Shown in pieces: positions 19,952-28,782 of a stretch of 64,000 bases of DNA. A model generated the notes under the pieces. The model searched no databases and was not told where the DNA came from. It saw only the letters and a list, made by a program, of their open reading frames with translations. Numbering within the stretch: the stretch's first letter is position 1; each line of letters starts with the position of its first letter. The position numbers and the translations under genes are program-made. Source of the stretch: Thermomicrobiales bacterium (GTDB lineage Bacteria > Chloroflexota > Chloroflexia > Thermomicrobiales > UBA6265); the NCBI GenBank assembly GCA_035708745.1, contig DASTFJ010000277.1:20098-84097 (forward strand), read 5' to 3'.

Positions 19952-19983
19952 CCTGTCATTCTGAGCAAAGCGAAGAATCCCTC
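19952..19983. repeat. REP-like intergenic element, copy B
   Basis: CCTGTCATTCTGAGCAAAGCGAAGAATCCCTC is homologous to 9781-9813. A UUCG-loop hairpin, AATCCAGACCTTCGGTGAGTTGGATT, lies about 40 nt downstream. Confidence 0.6.
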
Positions 19984-20119
19984 GCATTTCTTCTCGGAGC
20001 TACCCGGCCGTCTCGCAATCCAGACCTTCGGTGAGTTGGATTCCACGGCGTAGTCCCGCTCAATGAAGCTTTGGTTTCCACTGACCGATCTCTCGATTTC
20101 GATTTTCGGAAAACGAAAA

Positions 20120-20139
20120 ACGGCGCCTTTCGGCGCCGT
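20120..20139 (-). terminator. Intrinsic terminator of the HTH gene
   Basis: ACGGCGCC-TTTC-GGCGCCGT. On the minus strand it is followed by TTTTTCGTTTTCC. Confidence 0.8.
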
Positions 20140-20166
20140 CAGTCCTATAATCAGTATTTTTCGCCG

Positions 20167-20703
20167 TTACTCCGCGGCCCCGAGCTCCGCCGCCACACGC
20201 TTCAGATTCTCGATGTCCTTACGCACGACGAACGTCCGGCCGCTCATATCGTCTTTGACATAACTCAACGTCCGGTCGTCCATCCACCGATAAATGGTGG
20301 GGCGGGTGACATTGAGCTGCTGGGCCGCATTCCCGATCGACACCAGCTCGTTCGGCTCGAACGCCCGGAATTTCGCCAGCGCGAGCATTCGCCCCAGCTC
20401 AGAATCCCAGAACGAACGCGGGACGGTGTAATCGTCCGCGGCCGCCGGCCAAAAGAGCAGCTGCACGATCGAATCGATCGCGGTCAGCACATGTTCCTTC
20501 TGCTCGCGTACTTCACCGCGGGCGAGCCGCGAGAGCTTGCTGAGATCTCGACCAAGCGGACCATCGCGCAAAGCATCGAGCGACAAGGGCTCGAAGGCGC
20601 TTGGGTAAAGCTGGTTGATCAACCGGTGATGATGGCTGTACACCACCTGCAACGCTTGATCGATTACCGGTTGGTAATCGCGGGAACTGCCTTCCACTCC
20701 CAC
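20167..20703 (-). CDS. Helix-turn-helix (excisionase/MerR-like HTH_17) DNA-binding protein with an uncharacterised N-terminal domain
   Basis: The C-terminal LVSIGNAAQQLNVTRPTIYRWMDDRTLSYVKD...FVVRKDIENL is an excisionase-family HTH. The N-terminal 110 aa or so are unrecognised. Start is GTG 20703 or 20697, after AAGGAG. Confidence 0.65.
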   Translation of the reverse strand: MGVEGSSRDYQPVIDQALQVVYSHHHRLINQLYPSAFEPLSLDALRDGPLGRDLSKLSRLARGEVREQKEHVLTAIDSIVQLLFWPAAADDYTVPRSFWDSELGRMLALAKFRAFEPNELVSIGNAAQQLNVTRPTIYRWMDDRTLSYVKDDMSGRTFVVRKDIENLKRVAAELGAAE

Positions 20704-20758
20704 TCCTTACGCGATTTCCCATGCCGTCGCGAACGTATCTTTCGGACTGTACGGTCAG

Positions 20759-20787
20759 ATTGTACGCTCGTGACGTAGCAATGTCAA
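20759..20787 (-). promoter_or_regulatory. Near-consensus sigma-70 promoter (TTGACA-N17-TACAAT) for the HTH gene
   Basis: The plus strand shows ATTGTA at 20759-20764 and TGTCAA at 20782-20787, with a 17-nt spacer, about 55 nt upstream of the start. Confidence 0.65.
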
Positions 20788-21011
20788 CGCCTTGAAAAGC
20801 CCTTGTATTTCCCAGCAAATCGCCAGAGTTTACTGTGACGACCTGTCAATAACAACGCTCAAAAGCATGACATAGTTTCGCGGTGTTCGTACAGTTTTGT
20901 CCGCCGTCGCAAGCACCAGGAGTTGTGACCCGCACGACAGCACGTCGCTCGATCCTCCGCTCGTTGATTCGCCTGGCATCGGAGGTCTTCGGTATACGAC
21001 CGGGAGGGAAA

Positions 21012-21362
21012 TTAGGAACCGGTCGTCATCCCGCGAACCGCCAACCCTGCCACGAACAGCGCGCCCAGGCTGAAGAACAGCAACGCTTGCCGCGCATCCC
21101 GTTCGCGCATATAGCTCCAGATGAAGGGCAATGCCAACACCGCGGTCAATCCATAGAGGATATGGATCGATGACTCCGGCCGGAAACCCTTCACGTACAG
21201 CACGACGCCGAACGCAACCTGAGCCAGGATCAGCAATTCGCCGATCATCAACGCCCCATTGAAGCTCCCGGTCACGCCACCACCGGTGAAGTAGAGATAC
21301 ATCCCCCAGATGCCAATCGCCGCCATGAAGAGCAACATCGACGTCGCCAACCGGTCGTGCAT
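21012..21362 (-). CDS. Small integral membrane protein (about 4 TM), function unknown
   Basis: 116-118 aa with four hydrophobic segments (LLFMAAIGIWGMYLYF, ALMIGELLILAQVAFGVVLYV, ILYGLTAVLALPFIW, LLFFSLGALFVAGLAV). No motif recognised. Confidence 0.55.
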   Translation of the reverse strand: MHDRLATSMLLFMAAIGIWGMYLYFTGGGVTGSFNGALMIGELLILAQVAFGVVLYVKGFRPESSIHILYGLTAVLALPFIWSYMRERDARQALLFFSLGALFVAGLAVRGMTTGS

Positions 21363-21501
21363 CAACAAAATCGTAGACAGAGCGAACCTCCCCGACTATT
21401 CGTGCGCGGGCATCTCATCTCGAAAATGTTCCGGTTCGATCGCCTTGGCTGGAAACCCTGGGGATGAGCCCGGGAATCGACCGCGCAAACTACGCAGATT
21501 G

Positions 21502-22377
21502 TCACACGCAGGAGTCACCCGAGAGCTCGAACAATCGCTGCTGCACTTCGACCGCGGGCCGCCGCTCGCACGGTCGCCGAGCCAATAGATCGAGCGCACC
21601 GTGACGGGGAAGGGGAGTCAACCCCTCATGCACCCATCCGCCGGACAGCGCGACATCGGCAACAGCCAGGGCAGGGGTATTGTTTGTCTCCGAAAGATGA
21701 GCGAGATAGATGATCGGATCGCGGCCCGACCGTTCCCGCACCACATCGGTCAACCGCCCGCACTCGTCGTTCGAAAGATGACCCACGCTGGAAAGCACGC
21801 GCCGCTTCAGGTGGGCCGGATAGGGGCCGCGCTTCAGCAGATCGAGATTGTGATTGGCCTCGACCACGATCACGTCAGCGCGCGTCATCGCGTCGACCGT
21901 GATCTCATCCCATTCCCCCAAATCGGTAAACACCGCAACATTCACCCCGCCGCACGCCACCACCGCCCCCAACGGCTCAGCAGCATCGTGTGACGTACGA
22001 ATCGCGCTCACCTCGATGTCGCCGCATTCGAACCGGCCACCATGCTTGATCTTGAGCCATTCCTTCGTCAAACCCATCGCCCGCGCGGTGCCGCTGCCGG
22101 TCACGACCGGAACACCCGCCTTCACCAAAGCCGGAACGGCTCGGATGTGATCGATATGTTCGTGCGTGATGTAGACGAAGCTTAGATCGGAGAGACGCAA
22201 CCCGTACGTTAGCAGCTCCGATCGCAATCGATTGGGACCGATCCCGCAATCGATCAGCCCCGCTGCCTGCCCGCATTGCACCAGCAACGAATTACCGCTG
22301 CTGCCGCTGGCAAACGAAACCACGCGAACTCGCCCCGAGGGATCAACCACCGAAGATCGCCCGTCCGATCCGGACAT
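21502..22377 (-). CDS. MBL-fold metallo-hydrolase (YycJ/WalJ-like)
   Basis: VVSFASGSSGNS...LIDCG...YITHEHIDHIRA (HxHxDH motif). Start is uncertain: ATG 22377 or GTG 22350. Confidence 0.8.
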   Translation of the reverse strand: MSGSDGRSSVVDPSGRVRVVSFASGSSGNSLLVQCGQAAGLIDCGIGPNRLRSELLTYGLRLSDLSFVYITHEHIDHIRAVPALVKAGVPVVTGSGTARAMGLTKEWLKIKHGGRFECGDIEVSAIRTSHDAAEPLGAVVACGGVNVAVFTDLGEWDEITVDAMTRADVIVVEANHNLDLLKRGPYPAHLKRRVLSSVGHLSNDECGRLTDVVRERSGRDPIIYLAHLSETNNTPALAVADVALSGGWVHEGLTPLPRHGALDLLARRPCERRPAVEVQQRLFELSGDSCV

Positions 22378-23041
22378 GCGTCGCCCCCTCGGCAATGGCC
22401 GCCTCGAAATCGTTGCTCATCCCCATCGAAAGGACCGGGAGCCCAATCCCACTCTCCTGCTCGAGCGCATGCGCGAGCTCCCGCAACTCGCGAAAGACCG
22501 GTCGTACGTCATGCTGATCGCGAACCAGCGGCGCCATGGTCATCAAGCCGACCGGCCGCAGCCCCGGTTTCGCCAAAACGAGATCGAGCAACTCCGGCGC
22601 CTCGGTCAATGGGCAACCAGCCTTCTGCGCTTCAACAGCCACATTGATTTCGAGCAAAAGCTCGATCGGCCTTCCCAATGCTTCTGCCTGCTTCGCCAAC
22701 ACTTCTACCAACGAAGGCCGGTCCACCGATTCGATGATATCGAACAGTTCCGTGGCCACCTTCACTTTGTTCGATTGCAGACTTCCAATCATATGAAGTC
22801 GGGCGTCGTCCGGTAGCGGTGTTGCGAATTTCGTCCGTGCGTCCTGAACTCGGTTTTCACCGAATGCCCGCAATCCGAGCGCGTACGCTTCGTCGACCTC
22901 CGGCCGTCCAACCGTCTTCGTCACGCCGACGATCGTTACGACTTCAGGGTCGCGCCCAGCTCGCTCGGCAGCGTGACTGACTCGCCTGCGCACGTCGACA
23001 AGCCGCGCTTCGAGTGTTGTCGCCGTCGACATCCCGCTCAT
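22343..23041 (-). CDS. yggS: YggS-family pyridoxal-phosphate homeostasis protein
   Basis: IVGVTKTV, FGENRVQD, MIGSLQSNKVK, GLMTMAP and LSMGMSNDFEAAIAEGATHVRIG. ATGA overlap with pgeF. Confidence 0.9.
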   Translation of the reverse strand: MSGMSTATTLEARLVDVRRRVSHAAERAGRDPEVVTIVGVTKTVGRPEVDEAYALGLRAFGENRVQDARTKFATPLPDDARLHMIGSLQSNKVKVATELFDIIESVDRPSLVEVLAKQAEALGRPIELLLEINVAVEAQKAGCPLTEAPELLDLVLAKPGLRPVGLMTMAPLVRDQHDVRPVFRELRELAHALEQESGIGLPVLSMGMSNDFEAAIAEGATHVRIGRAIFGG

Positions 23042-23832
23042 TCGGCCACCGCAATAATGGATGCAAACCGCCCGGTCGCCGGTCCCTGGCCCCGGTGTGA
23101 GAACCAACCGTCACCGCTGCAACGCGTGCAGATGGCCGATTGTTCGATGGCATCGTCGCGAATCCCGGCCGCCAGTAGCTGCAACCGGTTCGCTTCCGCG
23201 AGATCGAAATGCCATGCTCCATTCGAGCGTGACAGCGCGCCGTCGCCAGCAGGCAACGACTCGCGCCAACCATCGATGACTTCGTCCCCAACCTCGTAGC
23301 AGCCTTTGCAGATCCCCGGGCCGATGAACGCCAGAATCTGTTCCGGCCCGGCGGCGAATTCCTCCACCATCGTCTGCACCGCCGCGCCGCTCACATTGGC
23401 AACCGTGCCCCGCCAGCCGGCGTGTATGACGCCCACCGAGCGAGTCTGCGGATCGCACAGAATCACCGCCAGGCAATCGGCGTGGGTCATCATCACCGCC
23501 ACATTCGGCTCGTTCGTAACAAGACTATCGAACTTGCCGAACAGCCCGGTGCCTGGGGCCGAGCCGGTCCCGGCTTTGGCCCGCGGCACGATCCCGACCG
23601 CATTGCCATGTACCTGATGCGCGGTCACCAGCGTTGCCGGATCGATCCCCATCCGCTTGCACCAGAGCTGGCGCATCTCCCAGGCATCGACCGGATCACG
23701 CGGTTCCGAATACGAGATATTCCCGTCCGCTCGGCCCATTCCCGGAATTCGCCCAGTGATGCCGTGACGCACGAAAGGGAGCCGTCCAATCGCGGCGCTC
23801 CGCAGTGGTCGGATATCGATCGAAGTGGTCAT
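23038..23832 (-). CDS. pgeF: Peptidoglycan editing factor PgeF (YfiH/DUF152 laccase-domain protein)
   Basis: VRHGITGR, AHQVHGNAV, ADCLAVIL, GVIHAGWRGT and C..C...FSHR. ATGA overlap with the upstream gene. Confidence 0.88.
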   Translation of the reverse strand: MTTSIDIRPLRSAAIGRLPFVRHGITGRIPGMGRADGNISYSEPRDPVDAWEMRQLWCKRMGIDPATLVTAHQVHGNAVGIVPRAKAGTGSAPGTGLFGKFDSLVTNEPNVAVMMTHADCLAVILCDPQTRSVGVIHAGWRGTVANVSGAAVQTMVEEFAAGPEQILAFIGPGICKGCYEVGDEVIDGWRESLPAGDGALSRSNGAWHFDLAEANRLQLLAAGIRDDAIEQSAICTRCSGDGWFSHRGQGPATGRFASIIAVAE

Positions 23833-25484
23833 TCGCCGGTTTCTTTTCTCGCCTCGTCGAAGATCATGCGGTCGATCAGCGTTTCGACCGGAGCCCGATC
23901 GTCCGTATACGGCCGGTCATGGGCCGCGTTCAGACGCAGATTTCCATCGGCGAACACCTCCGCCGCGACGATCTGCTGATTCGAACCCGGCGCGGTCGAC
24001 CCGAGTCGCGCCCGAATCTCTTCGAGTGTGACGTCGTCGTTCGACGCGATGACCATTGTGTTGTCATAGCCATGAACGTCGACCAGCCAAACCGACTGGA
24101 AGACCGCGCTCAGGGTAGATGATAGTGCGTCCACCAACCGGAAATCGGACTCAGACCGGCCAACATTCACGACCACCACTCCGTGCTCGTTCAAATGCTG
24201 CGCCACCAGCTCGAAATACTCTTTCGTTGCCAGGTGAAAGGGAATGTACGGCTGGCGATAGGCGTCGAGCGCGACGAGATCGTACATCTGGTCACTGGTC
24301 TCGAGGAAATAGCGGCCGTCTTCGGCATGGGTCGTCAATCGCGGATCGTCGAGCGCGAAATATGTTCGCGCCAGCTCCAGCACCTTCGGATCGATCTCGA
24401 CCCCATCGATATGTAGATCGGGGTAGGTCGCCAGCAAGGAATGGGCCGACGTGCCTCCTGCCAGTCCGACGATCAGCGCGTTCTTCGGGTCGGTCCCCGT
24501 CATCCTTGGCGCCAGCAGAAAGTAGTCCCACGGACCGCCCGTCAGCACCGAGCTCGGATCATAGATCGAATGAATCGCGTGTCCGTCGTTCAGCGCCAGC
24601 AAATAACGCCCATCGTCGTTCAGCACTTGAATGTAGTTGTAGTCGGATTCGGCTTCCTCGACCAGCACGCCCCGGTAGGGCGGTTTGATCGTCCCCGATG
24701 CGGTCGCGGCGTGCAATCCCAACGAGCTAACCAAAAGTACGGCTACCAGCGCGATGCGGCTTCCTCCGCGCATGAGAAACAAACCCACGATCGCCAGCGC
24801 CATCAACGCGCCACCCATGATCAAAAACGTCGCGCGGGTACCGAAGATCGGTATCAGGATCAACACCGGCAGAAAGCTGCCCGCGATCGAGCCGACGGTC
24901 GAAAGGGCGTAGATATTGCCGGCCGTCTCACCGCTCGAACGGATGTTCTTCGTCCGCATGCGAATTGCAAACGGCGAGATACAGCCGAATAACAGCATTG
25001 GCAGCGCCATCAGCAGCAGGGAACCGAAAAACGACCCGAAAAACGCGCCCACATTCAATTCGTCGAATGCGTCCAGCGACTCTCGCAGAATCGGCCGCGC
25101 AATTACCGGGATCAACGCGACCGCAAATCCCGCCAAACCCGCAACGACCAGCATGACCTCGAGCGTGGGATACCGATCCGCCAGACGTCCACCCAGGTAA
25201 TAGCCAACCGCCAGAAATGCCAGCGTCAGCCCAATCAGATTGGCCCAGATGAAGGTGGACGTTCCGAAATACGGCGCGAGCAAGCGTGACATCGCCAGCT
25301 CGGTGCCGATGCTGACGGCGCCACACAAGAACACCAGCGCCAGCAGCAATGCGCGCTGCCGCGATCCGCTGATTCCGAAAGTCGCATCATTGGTTCGTTC
25401 GAGGGCGATCGTGGACGTCTCGTTTGGAGAGGTTGCCGGTTCGGCGATGCGATGCATACGTGGTTTCGATCGATCGGAGGTCAT
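23829..25484 (-). CDS. Fused polytopic membrane domain and spermidine synthase-like aminopropyltransferase
   Basis: The N-terminal 250 aa or so hold 7-8 TM segments. The C-terminus has SDYNYIQVL, ALIVGLAGGTSAHSLL, GVEIDPKVLELAR and YDLVALDAY (SpeE/SAM-MTase fold). Confidence 0.8.
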   Translation of the reverse strand: MTSDRSKPRMHRIAEPATSPNETSTIALERTNDATFGISGSRQRALLLALVFLCGAVSIGTELAMSRLLAPYFGTSTFIWANLIGLTLAFLAVGYYLGGRLADRYPTLEVMLVVAGLAGFAVALIPVIARPILRESLDAFDELNVGAFFGSFFGSLLLMALPMLLFGCISPFAIRMRTKNIRSSGETAGNIYALSTVGSIAGSFLPVLILIPIFGTRATFLIMGGALMALAIVGLFLMRGGSRIALVAVLLVSSLGLHAATASGTIKPPYRGVLVEEAESDYNYIQVLNDDGRYLLALNDGHAIHSIYDPSSVLTGGPWDYFLLAPRMTGTDPKNALIVGLAGGTSAHSLLATYPDLHIDGVEIDPKVLELARTYFALDDPRLTTHAEDGRYFLETSDQMYDLVALDAYRQPYIPFHLATKEYFELVAQHLNEHGVVVVNVGRSESDFRLVDALSSTLSAVFQSVWLVDVHGYDNTMVIASNDDVTLEEIRARLGSTAPGSNQQIVAAEVFADGNLRLNAAHDRPYTDDRAPVETLIDRMIFDEARKETGE

Positions 25485-25660
25485 TCGTGGCGTCGAGCCA
25501 AAAAACTATCGCACGACCCCTTCGGCTCGAAATCCCCCGCGTGCATACTTTGCGGTCAATCTATGTTATCCGCAAAAGAATTGCACGTCGAGCTATTCGG
25601 TCCCTACCTCCGGTTTCGTGGTAAAACCAACCGTTCCATGGCCCGTGACACCGCCGCCAC

Positions 25661-26134
25661 ATGGAGAGCAGCGTGGCTTCGATCACAACCGATATCGTCG
25701 ACTCCTACGTCTTCCGCCACCGGCTCGGCCGCGCGCAATTCTTGTTGCTCCGCCGCCGGCCGGATCTCCCTCTGGGCAATACCTGGCATGGCATTCATGG
25801 CCGCGTCTCCGACGGCGAGACATCGCTCGAAGCCGCACGCCGCGCCGTCCGCATCCAAACCGGACTCGCCAATCTCGATACCTTCTCAGCGGACTACATC
25901 AACCAATTCTTCGACCATGCCACCGACACCATCGTCCTGGCGCCGGTCTTCGCCTTTCAGCTCGTCGAGGAAACGCCCATCTCCCTCGACGATGAATTCG
26001 ACGACTACGCCTGGTGCGACCGCGACGAAGCCACCGGCCGCCTCATCTTCGCCGGCCAGCGCTGGGCTGTCCGCCATATCGAAGACATCGTCGCCAATCC
26101 CGTCGCCGACTCCGACTTCTACCGCCTACCGTAA
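25661..26134 (+). CDS. NUDIX-fold protein with a degenerate Nudix box
   Basis: WHGIHGRVSDGETSLEAARRAVRIQTGL aligns to GX5EX7REUXEEXGU, but the REXXEE glutamates are replaced (RAVRIQ). Confidence 0.6.
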   Translation: MESSVASITTDIVDSYVFRHRLGRAQFLLLRRRPDLPLGNTWHGIHGRVSDGETSLEAARRAVRIQTGLANLDTFSADYINQFFDHATDTIVLAPVFAFQLVEETPISLDDEFDDYAWCDRDEATGRLIFAGQRWAVRHIEDIVANPVADSDFYRLP

Positions 26135-26264
26135 CGCCCATCGTCTCGCAACCCAGCCTCCTGCCCACGGTCGCAGCGCAGGTGCCTCCGCGCCGTGCGA
26201 TCGAGCGCATCTCGATAACCAACCGCACCCACCACTATTCCCGAAATAGGAACCGCGCACTCCC

Positions 26265-26294
26265 TTGACGCGATGAGAACATATGTGCTATTCT
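26265..26294 (+). promoter_or_regulatory. Sigma-70 promoter with an embedded LexA (Cheo-type) box, about 470 nt upstream of uvrB
   Basis: TTGACG at 26265-70, an 18-nt spacer containing GAACATATGTGC at 26277-88 (GAAC-N4-GTGC, one mismatch to GAAC-N4-GTTC), then TGcTATTCT. Confidence 0.55.
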
Positions 26295-26300
26295 ATCAAC

Positions 26301-26460
26301 AAGCGGCACATCGGCGGACGGACTCAGCGAGTCCGCGCCCCAGGTACTCCCACAACAGCTGGTGGTCGAGGACGGGGTGGCGATGCATGACCTGGGCAGT
26401 GCCTACGTGCCAACCGCCCGGCAACCTCCTGCCGTCACCCAAGGCTCGCGCGCGGACTCG
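26301..26460 (+). ncRNA. Candidate structured leader or sRNA, copy 1 of a two-member family in this window (hypothetical; 3' end undefined)
   Basis: The predicted 5' end AAGCGGCACATCGGCGGAC matches 63748-63766. It shares CCTGGGCAGyGCC and CCTGCCGT motifs with copy 2. The GGCAG/CTGCC hairpin is closed by GGTGGC/GTCACC. Confidence 0.3.
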
Positions 26461-26733
26461 ATCAGAAAAGAGTGATCGCTCCCGAGAAATCAGACGCAAG
26501 CAAAACGAAAAGAAAACAAGCTTCGTCCGACCAGGGCGAAGCCATACCCAGGTCCCATAGCCCGAAAACAGTGGAGAACACCCACGTCGCGAAGGGCAGT
26601 AGTGCCCGTTCCCTGATTGGCCCGTTGGATTGGGCCGATTCCTCGTTAACCTCGAAAGGCTCCCTAAGCCTCGTCGGCTATAATCCACCCCTTGACCAGA
26701 TCATCTGATCTGATTCCCGAGGTCCTCCCAATC

Positions 26734-28767
26734 ATGGCCAACTTCCGTATCGAAACCGACCTCCGGCCCACCGGCGATCAACCGCGCGCGATCGAGCAGC
26801 TCGTGGACGGTCTCAACACTGGTCTCAAACGCCAGGTCCTTCTCGGTGTCACCGGATCCGGTAAGACCTTCACGATGGCGAACCTGGTCGAGCAATACAA
26901 CCGCCCCACACTCGTGCTCGCTCACAACAAGACCCTCGCCGCACAGCTCTATTCGGAGTTCAAGGAATTCTTTCCGAACAACGCGATCGAATACTTTGTT
27001 TCCTACTACGACTACTATCAGCCGGAGGCCTACGTCGCTCGCACGGACACATACATCGAAAAAGACTCCGACATCAACGAGGAGATCGACAAACTCCGCC
27101 ACGCGGCCACGCGCTCGCTGTTGACTCGGCCAGACACCCTCATCGTCGCTTCGGTCTCCTGCATCTACGGTCTCGGTTCACCGGAGGAATACCAGAACAC
27201 GGTCATCTCCCTCCGCCGGGGAGCTCACGAGCGGCGCGATCAGATTATCCGGCGGTTCCTCGATGTCCAGTACGACCGCAACGACATGACAGTCGTCCGT
27301 GGTTCCTTCCGTGTCCGCGGCGATACCATCGAGATCTTCCCGGCCTACGAAGAGATCGCCGTTCGCATCGAATTCTTCGGCGATGAGATCGAACGCATCG
27401 TCGAGGTCGACCCCCTCACCGGTGAGCTGCTGGTCGACCGCATCGAGATCGATATCTATCCGGCACGGCATTACGTCACCTCCGCGGACAAGCTCCGCGC
27501 CGGAATCGAAGACATCCGTGTCGAGCTCGCCGAGCGCTTGCAGGAGCTGCGAAACCAGGGCAAGCTCGTCGAGGCGCAACGCCTGGAGCAACGAACCAAT
27601 TACGACCTCGAGATGATGGAAGAAACCGGATTTTGCTCCGGCATCGAAAACTACTCGATGCACCTGTCACGGCTGAAACCCGGCGAGCAACCGCACACAC
27701 TGCTCGATTACTTCCCCAAAGACTTTCTGATGATCATCGACGAGTCCCATATGTCGATCCCGCAGGTCCGCGGCATGTACGCCGGCGATCGTGCCCGCAA
27801 GGACATACTGGTAGAGCATGGCTTCCGCCTCCCGTCGGCGCGCGACAACCGGCCGCTCACGTTCGACGAATTCGACCGTATGCTCAATCAGACGATCTAT
27901 GTCTCGGCCACACCCGGACCGTTCGAGCGGGAAATCGCCCAGCGCACGGTCGAGCAAGTCATCCGCCCGACTGGTCTGATCGATCCGTCCATCTCCGTTC
28001 GACCCACCAAGGGGCAGATCGATGACTTGCTGCGCGAGATCAATCTGCGCGTCAGCCGGGGCGAGCGCGCGCTAATCACCACGCTTACAAAACGCATGGC
28101 CGAAGACCTCGCCGACTACCTCAAAGAAATGGGGGTCCGCACCCATTACCTCCACAGTGAAATCGATACCTTTGAGCGTATCGAAATCCTGCGCGATCTC
28201 CGGCTCGGTGTCTACGATGTCGTTGTCGGCATCAATCTTTTGCGCGAAGGTCTCGATCTTCCCGAGGTGTCGCTCGTCGCGATCCTCGACGCGGACAAGG
28301 AAGGGTTTCTCCGCTCCGAGGGATCGCTCGTCCAAACCATCGGCCGTGCGGCCCGGCATGTCGATGGTACGGTCATCATGTATGCCGACAACATGACCAG
28401 ATCGATGACCGCGGCAATCGAGGAGACCTATCGGCGACGCGAAATCCAGATGACGCACAACACCGACCACGGCATCGAGCCCCGCGGCATCGTCAAGGAA
28501 ATTAAAGACATCACGGAGCGCGTCCGCCAGGTCGCCGAGCAATCGGCGGAATACCGCACCGATCGCGCCGATCAACCGGGCGTCATTTTGCAAATGCCCA
28601 AAGACGAGCTGGTCCGTATGATCAAGGACCTCGAAAGTCAGATGAAACTGGCAGCGAAGAATCTCGAGTTCGAGAAAGCGGCGCTGCTGCGTGATCAGAT
28701 CGTCGAGCTGCGGCGCATGTCCGAGCTCGATCCAGCGGCAGCGAGCGCACCCGCCGTTCGTGCCTGA
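26734..28767 (+). CDS. uvrB: Excinuclease ABC subunit B
   Basis: [44 protein letters not shown], and the C-terminal UVR domain [13 protein letters not shown]. Confidence 0.97.
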   Translation: MANFRIETDLRPTGDQPRAIEQLVDGLNTGLKRQVLLGVTGSGKTFTMANLVEQYNRPTLVLAHNKTLAAQLYSEFKEFFPNNAIEYFVSYYDYYQPEAYVARTDTYIEKDSDINEEIDKLRHAATRSLLTRPDTLIVASVSCIYGLGSPEEYQNTVISLRRGAHERRDQIIRRFLDVQYDRNDMTVVRGSFRVRGDTIEIFPAYEEIAVRIEFFGDEIERIVEVDPLTGELLVDRIEIDIYPARHYVTSADKLRAGIEDIRVELAERLQELRNQGKLVEAQRLEQRTNYDLEMMEETGFCSGIENYSMHLSRLKPGEQPHTLLDYFPKDFLMIIDESHMSIPQVRGMYAGDRARKDILVEHGFRLPSARDNRPLTFDEFDRMLNQTIYVSATPGPFEREIAQRTVEQVIRPTGLIDPSISVRPTKGQIDDLLREINLRVSRGERALITTLTKRMAEDLADYLKEMGVRTHYLHSEIDTFERIEILRDLRLGVYDVVVGINLLREGLDLPEVSLVAILDADKEGFLRSEGSLVQTIGRAARHVDGTVIMYADNMTRSMTAAIEETYRRREIQMTHNTDHGIEPRGIVKEIKDITERVRQVAEQSAEYRTDRADQPGVILQMPKDELVRMIKDLESQMKLAAKNLEFEKAALLRDQIVELRRMSELDPAAASAPAVRA

Positions 28768-28782
28768 GAAAGGAACTGTTCA

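Noticed and set aside
26300-26690. Tested the uvrB upstream region against my memory of RNase P RNA, tmRNA, 6S RNA, SRP RNA and c-di-GMP-I consensus features
   Set aside because: None of the diagnostic motifs is present (GAGGAAAGUCCGGGC, the tRNA-like CCA end or tag ORF, GGAAGCAGCC, GGCAAACC...GACGCAAAGCC). Only a weak GACGCAAGC resemblance appears.
26273-26708. ORFs 26273-26560 (95 aa) and 26472-26708 (78 aa) in the uvrB upstream region, and ORF 63605-63913 in the paralogous region
   Set aside because: They have no RBS and start inside promoter elements. The composition is highly basic or low complexity. The sequence blocks conserved between the two copies fall in different reading frames, which argues for RNA- or DNA-level conservation rather than protein.
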